Origin: Phycisphaeraceae bacterium
Lineage (GTDB): Bacteria > Planctomycetota > Phycisphaerae > Phycisphaerales > Zrk34
DNA: 26,202 bases
Direction: 5' to 3'
Assembly: GCA_040905565.1 (NCBI GenBank)
Contig: JBBDRF010000014.1
Coordinates: 29,872 to 56,073 of the forward strand
The position numbers were made by a program, and so were the translations under genes. Of this stretch, positions 22,970-26,202 are shown piece after piece. A model generated the notes under the pieces. It searched no databases, had not been told where the DNA came from, and was given only the letters and a program-made list of their open reading frames with translations. Positions within the stretch are counted from its first letter, which is position 1; each line of letters opens with the position of its first letter.

Positions 22970-24508
22970 TTAGAGTTCCGCCAGCTTCGGGAACGTGTCC
23001 TTCAGCGTCGTGTACAGGCCCTGATAAACGCTGTGGCCCTTGTGGTAGTAGCGTGCGGTGTCTGCGTCGGGCGTGCGATTCTCCACGTCACTGATGACCG
23101 CATCACATGCTTCGGGCACGCTCTTCCAGACGCCGGTGCCGACACCGGCGAGGATCGCCACGCCGTAGGCCGGGCCCTCTTCCGCGTTGATCACCGCCGT
23201 CGGCGCATCGTAGATATCCGCCTGAAGCTGACGCCAGAAGGCACTGCGTGCCCCGCCGCCGGAGAGACGCACGGTGTCGACGTCAATGCCCATTTCCTGC
23301 ATGATGCGCAAGGCGTCGGTCATGCCGTAGGTCACGCCTTCGAGCACGGAGCGGATCATCGCTTTGCGGGTGTGTCGTGCGGTCAGGCCGATCCAGCCGC
23401 CTCGCGCCATCGGGTCGGGATGCGGGCAGCGTTCGCCGGTCAGGTAAGGCAAAAACATCAACCCTTCGCAACCCGCTTGCGCCTGCTCAGCCTCAGCAAG
23501 GATCAGTTCATACGGGTCGACGTTTTTGCGTTTCGCCCGCTCGATTTCTTCGCCGCCCAAGTGATTGCGGAACCACTGAAGCGACCCCCCCGCCGACAGC
23601 ATGCAACCGAACACGCACCACGCCCCTTCGACCGCGTGACACATCGTGTGCACCCGCCCTTGCGGATCGTAGATTGGTTCGTCGGCATGCGCGAACACCA
23701 CCCCGCTCGTGCCCAGCGTCGCACTCACAATGCCGCCTCGCACGATGCCGTTGCCCACCGCACCAGCCGGCTGATCACCGCTGCCGCCGACCACGGGCAC
23801 GCCCTCAGAGAGCCCCATCAGGTGCGCTGCAAACTTGCTGAGCTTCCCGCTCACCTCGTGCGATTCAAAGCAATCGGGCAGCAGGGCCGGGTCCAGCCCA
23901 AGCGTGCGGATAAAGCTCGTATGCCACTTCCGCTCCTTCACGTTCAGCAGCAGCGTCCCCGAAGCATCGCCGACTTCCGTGGCATATTCGCCGGTCATCC
24001 GGTAGCGGATGTAATCCTTCGGCAGCAGGATATGCCGCGTCTTCTCAAAAACAGCCGGCTCATGCTTACGCACCCACAGAATCTTCGGCGCGGTGAAGCC
24101 GGTCAGCGCCGGGTTGCCGACCATGTCGATGAGTTCGCGTCGGCCGCCGGCCGCCTTCTCGATCTCCGCACACTCAGCAGCCGTGCGTTGATCGTTCCAC
24201 AGCAGGGCCGGGCGGAGAGGCTCAGCCGTTTCGGGGCCGTCGTCGCCGAGGAAGACCGAGCCGTGCATCTGGCCGCTCAGCCCGATGCCCTTGCAGGCCT
24301 TGCCGTCGAGTTTCGCTTTGCTGAGCACTTCGCGGGTCGACGCGATCGTCGCCTGCCACCACTGCTGCGGATCCTGCTCACTCCAGCCGGGGTTCGGCGA
24401 GGCGATATCGTGCTCCGCCGTGGCCGTCGCCAGCACCTTGCCGTTGAGATCGCAAGCAAGGGTTTTCGTCCCCGACGTGCCGACATCGATACCCAGTAAA
24501 AACGCCAT
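22970..24508 (-). CDS. xylB: Xylulokinase (FGGY family sugar kinase)
   Basis: LGIDVGTSGTK, GWSEQDP, GLSGQMHG, LLWNDQRT, GFTAPKILW, LLPKDY, LPYLTGERCPH, SGGGARS; AGGAGAGG RBS. Confidence 0.93.
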   Translation of the reverse strand: MAFLLGIDVGTSGTKTLACDLNGKVLATATAEHDIASPNPGWSEQDPQQWWQATIASTREVLSKAKLDGKACKGIGLSGQMHGSVFLGDDGPETAEPLRPALLWNDQRTAAECAEIEKAAGGRRELIDMVGNPALTGFTAPKILWVRKHEPAVFEKTRHILLPKDYIRYRMTGEYATEVGDASGTLLLNVKERKWHTSFIRTLGLDPALLPDCFESHEVSGKLSKFAAHLMGLSEGVPVVGGSGDQPAGAVGNGIVRGGIVSATLGTSGVVFAHADEPIYDPQGRVHTMCHAVEGAWCVFGCMLSAGGSLQWFRNHLGGEEIERAKRKNVDPYELILAEAEQAQAGCEGLMFLPYLTGERCPHPDPMARGGWIGLTARHTRKAMIRSVLEGVTYGMTDALRIMQEMGIDVDTVRLSGGGARSAFWRQLQADIYDAPTAVINAEEGPAYGVAILAGVGTGVWKSVPEACDAVISDVENRTPDADTARYYHKGHSVYQGLYTTLKDTFPKLAEL

Positions 24509-24610
24509 GCTGCCTCTCCTAATGCGAAACCTATCGAGCCAGCAAGATACACGCTCGCCAAACCAGCGACCACCCCCCCACGCCTCCCACCACCACCGCT
24601 CGGCCGCCGC

Positions 24611-24638
24611 TTGACAACGCCCGCGTCTCCACTACGAT
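24611..24638 (+). promoter_or_regulatory. Sigma70 promoter for tRNA-Phe
   Basis: TTGACA (24611-24616), 16-bp spacer, TACGAT (24633-24638), 13 nt before the tRNA. Confidence 0.75.
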
Positions 24639-24651
24639 TACGCTTCCTGCC

Positions 24652-24724
24652 GGGCAGGTAGCTCAGTTGGTAGAGCACGGCATTGAAAATGCCGGTGTCG
24701 GCGGTTCAAGTCCGCCTCTGCCCA
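24652..24724 (+). tRNA. tRNA-Phe (GAA), CCA not encoded
   Basis: Acceptor GGGCAGG/TCTGCCC; D-arm GCTC-AGTTGGTA-GAGC; anticodon arm CGGCA-TTGAAAA-TGCCG (GAA at 24685-24687); T-arm GGCGG-TTCAAGT-CCGCC; discriminator A. Confidence 0.97.
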
Positions 24725-24766
24725 TTTCCCCCCACCTTTGTTTTATCGACATGCGCAGAGTGCCAC

Positions 24767-24788
24767 GCAGCAGCCCGAAGGGTGCTGC
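24767..24788. terminator. Hairpin between convergent tRNA-Phe and the gmhB-like gene
   Basis: GCAGCA-G-CCC-GAA-GGG-TGCTGC; only a weak U-tract. Confidence 0.35.
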
Positions 24789-24846
24789 TTGCCGGTCGGG
24801 CGCATGAAAAAGATCCCCCCCGATACATCACAAATCACACACGGAT

Positions 24847-26097
24847 TCATCGTTGGCCGTGGACGATCAGTAGCGTGATGACGAGCAGCTGTGAGAACGT
24901 GCCGCCGATCATCCAGCGGACGAAGCTTTCCTGCTCGCCCACGTTGATCATGCCGAACAGCACGCACCCCAGCGCGAGCATCTGGCACAGCGAGGCGCCC
25001 ATCTTGGCGTAGGAGAAGTCGCCGTAGTCCGCCCGGCGGGCCTTAAGGTCACGCTGAATCGAACGAAGCACATCCACCAGCGACGCATCGCTCGACCCCG
25101 CATCGCCCTCCGCCGCTGTGGGAGCCGGTGAAGCCGCCGCCTTCCGCCGTTTTTTCGGAGCAGCCGAAGCGACCGCTGCCGATGGCACTTCCTCATACGT
25201 CGTTGAAGGAATCCCACTGCTGTGCGAGACAGGCGAATCGTCGTCCATGGCTTCTTCCACCGCAGCCGGCCTCGGCGTCGGCGGGGCCTCGTCGTGATCA
25301 CTGATCTCGAAGTCAGCCGTGCTGGGCGAAGCGTTCCCCTCGTCCTCCGCAGTTTCCTCCACCTGCGAAGGCGGCGCAGCCGGGCGATCGGCCACAGCCT
25401 CATCCATCGCCCCCTCATCCTCAGTCGGCGGCTGCTCGGCATCGCCCGCCCCCTCGCGCTCCAGCGAGCCCGGCGCATCCGGTCGCCCCCCCATCGCCGC
25501 ATCAAGCTTCTCGCCCGGCGGCCGCTGCGCAATCAGCCTCACGGCTTCGACCACATTCCCCGCAATAAAATGAGGCGATTCCAGATCGTCCTCCACAGGC
25601 GTCATCGCCTCGCCCCCTTCCGGCGCGTCGGCCCGCAGCAGCACCGTCCGCACGCCCGCGGCCCTGCCTGCCGCCACGTCACGCGGATGATCGCCCACAA
25701 GCCAGCACGCCTTCAGATCAAGCTTCAAATCCTCAGCCGCCTGCTCCAGCATGCCCGGCGACGGCTTCCGCCACGGATGGTCCTCCGCCCGGTACGCCTC
25801 GACCACGGCCTCCGGGTGAAACGGGCAATAGTAAAACCGGTCGATGCTTGCGCCGCTGTTGAACTGCACCAGCTCGGCGATACGCCGATTCACCGCATCG
25901 ACGTCCGCCTCGGCAAGCTCGCCCTTCGCCACACCGCTCTGGTTGGAAACCACCACGATGCGATAACCGAGCCCACGCAGCGATGCCACGGCACTGGCCG
26001 CACCCTGAATCAGCCGCACGGCTTGAGGGGACGTCACCGCCCCGCCCTCAGCCTGGATGAGGGTGTTATCGCGATCTAGAAAAACCGCTCGATTCAT
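24847..26097 (-). CDS. gmhB: GmhB-like HAD-IIIA phosphatase (heptose 1,7-bisphosphate / histidinol-phosphate phosphatase family) fused to an acidic linker and two C-terminal TM helices
   Basis: MNRAVFLDRDNTL, VVSNQSGVAKG, YYCPFHP, RKPSPGML, LVGDHPRDVAAG; hydrophobic C-terminal hairpin. Start reassigned to ATG 26097 (416 aa). Confidence 0.8.
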   Translation of the reverse strand: MNRAVFLDRDNTLIQAEGGAVTSPQAVRLIQGAASAVASLRGLGYRIVVVSNQSGVAKGELAEADVDAVNRRIAELVQFNSGASIDRFYYCPFHPEAVVEAYRAEDHPWRKPSPGMLEQAAEDLKLDLKACWLVGDHPRDVAAGRAAGVRTVLLRADAPEGGEAMTPVEDDLESPHFIAGNVVEAVRLIAQRPPGEKLDAAMGGRPDAPGSLEREGAGDAEQPPTEDEGAMDEAVADRPAAPPSQVEETAEDEGNASPSTADFEISDHDEAPPTPRPAAVEEAMDDDSPVSHSSGIPSTTYEEVPSAAVASAAPKKRRKAAASPAPTAAEGDAGSSDASLVDVLRSIQRDLKARRADYGDFSYAKMGASLCQMLALGCVLFGMINVGEQESFVRWMIGGTFSQLLVITLLIVHGQR

Positions 26098-26202
26098 GCG
26101 CTTGGCCTCATCGGGGACAGGGGCGATCTGGGATCGCCCGCAAACGGGGGAGGTCGGCGGGGGCTGCGGGGGCACCCGTCGGTGGGGGCACGGTGGGGGG
26201 GG

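Noticed and set aside
822..24724. Idea that the 822-846 fragment and tRNA-Phe are direct repeats bounding an island carrying the giant gene (both have GGTTCAAGTCC and are followed by TTTCCCC)
   Set aside because: The T-stems and acceptor strands differ (GTGGG/CCCAC-CTCCGGC versus GGCGG/CCGCC-TCTGCCC), the shared part is the universal T-loop, and the fragment is upstream of tRNA-Phe rather than downstream.
23033..26079. Plus-strand ORFs 23033-24499, 24683-25012 and 25222-26079
   Set aside because: They are antisense to xylB or the gmhB-like gene, or overlap tRNA-Phe, and carry no recognisable motifs.
26098..26175. N-terminal extension MPPQPPPTSP.. of the GmhB-like ORF
   Set aside because: Family homology starts at MNRAVFLDRD; the extension is translated G/C-run sequence.
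1..26202. CRISPR array, IS element or rRNA
   Set aside because: No regularly spaced DNA repeats with unique spacers, no transposase motifs and no rRNA-like sequence were seen; the repeats in the giant gene are diverged protein-level repeats.

Overview
High-GC window, most likely from a planctomycete (probably Phycisphaerae), judging by the LEPRxLL leader. About 78% of it is one minus-strand gene (1031-21349) for a ~6,770-aa acidic extracellular protein with its own sigma70-like promoter, RBS and intrinsic terminator. Read by eye, the protein looks like a beta-helix spine carrying about 11 five-bladed beta-propeller-like units. Most of these units are inserted inside one another (Russian-doll nesting, up to five deep). 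Flagellin/FliD-like and choice-of-anchor-L-like domains sit inside these branches, and there are two PPC-like domains, an Ig-like domain and a C-terminal HExxHxxGxxH zinc protease. Left of this gene are an isolated tRNA 3' fragment (probable attR) and small overlapping ORFs, likely the end of an integrated element. Right of it are a divergent HTH-TM-coiled-coil-Pro/Glu membrane protein, xylulokinase (xylB), tRNA-Phe(GAA), and a GmhB-like HAD phosphatase with an acidic linker and two C-terminal TM helices. All domain calls come from motif recognition by eye; no searches were run.
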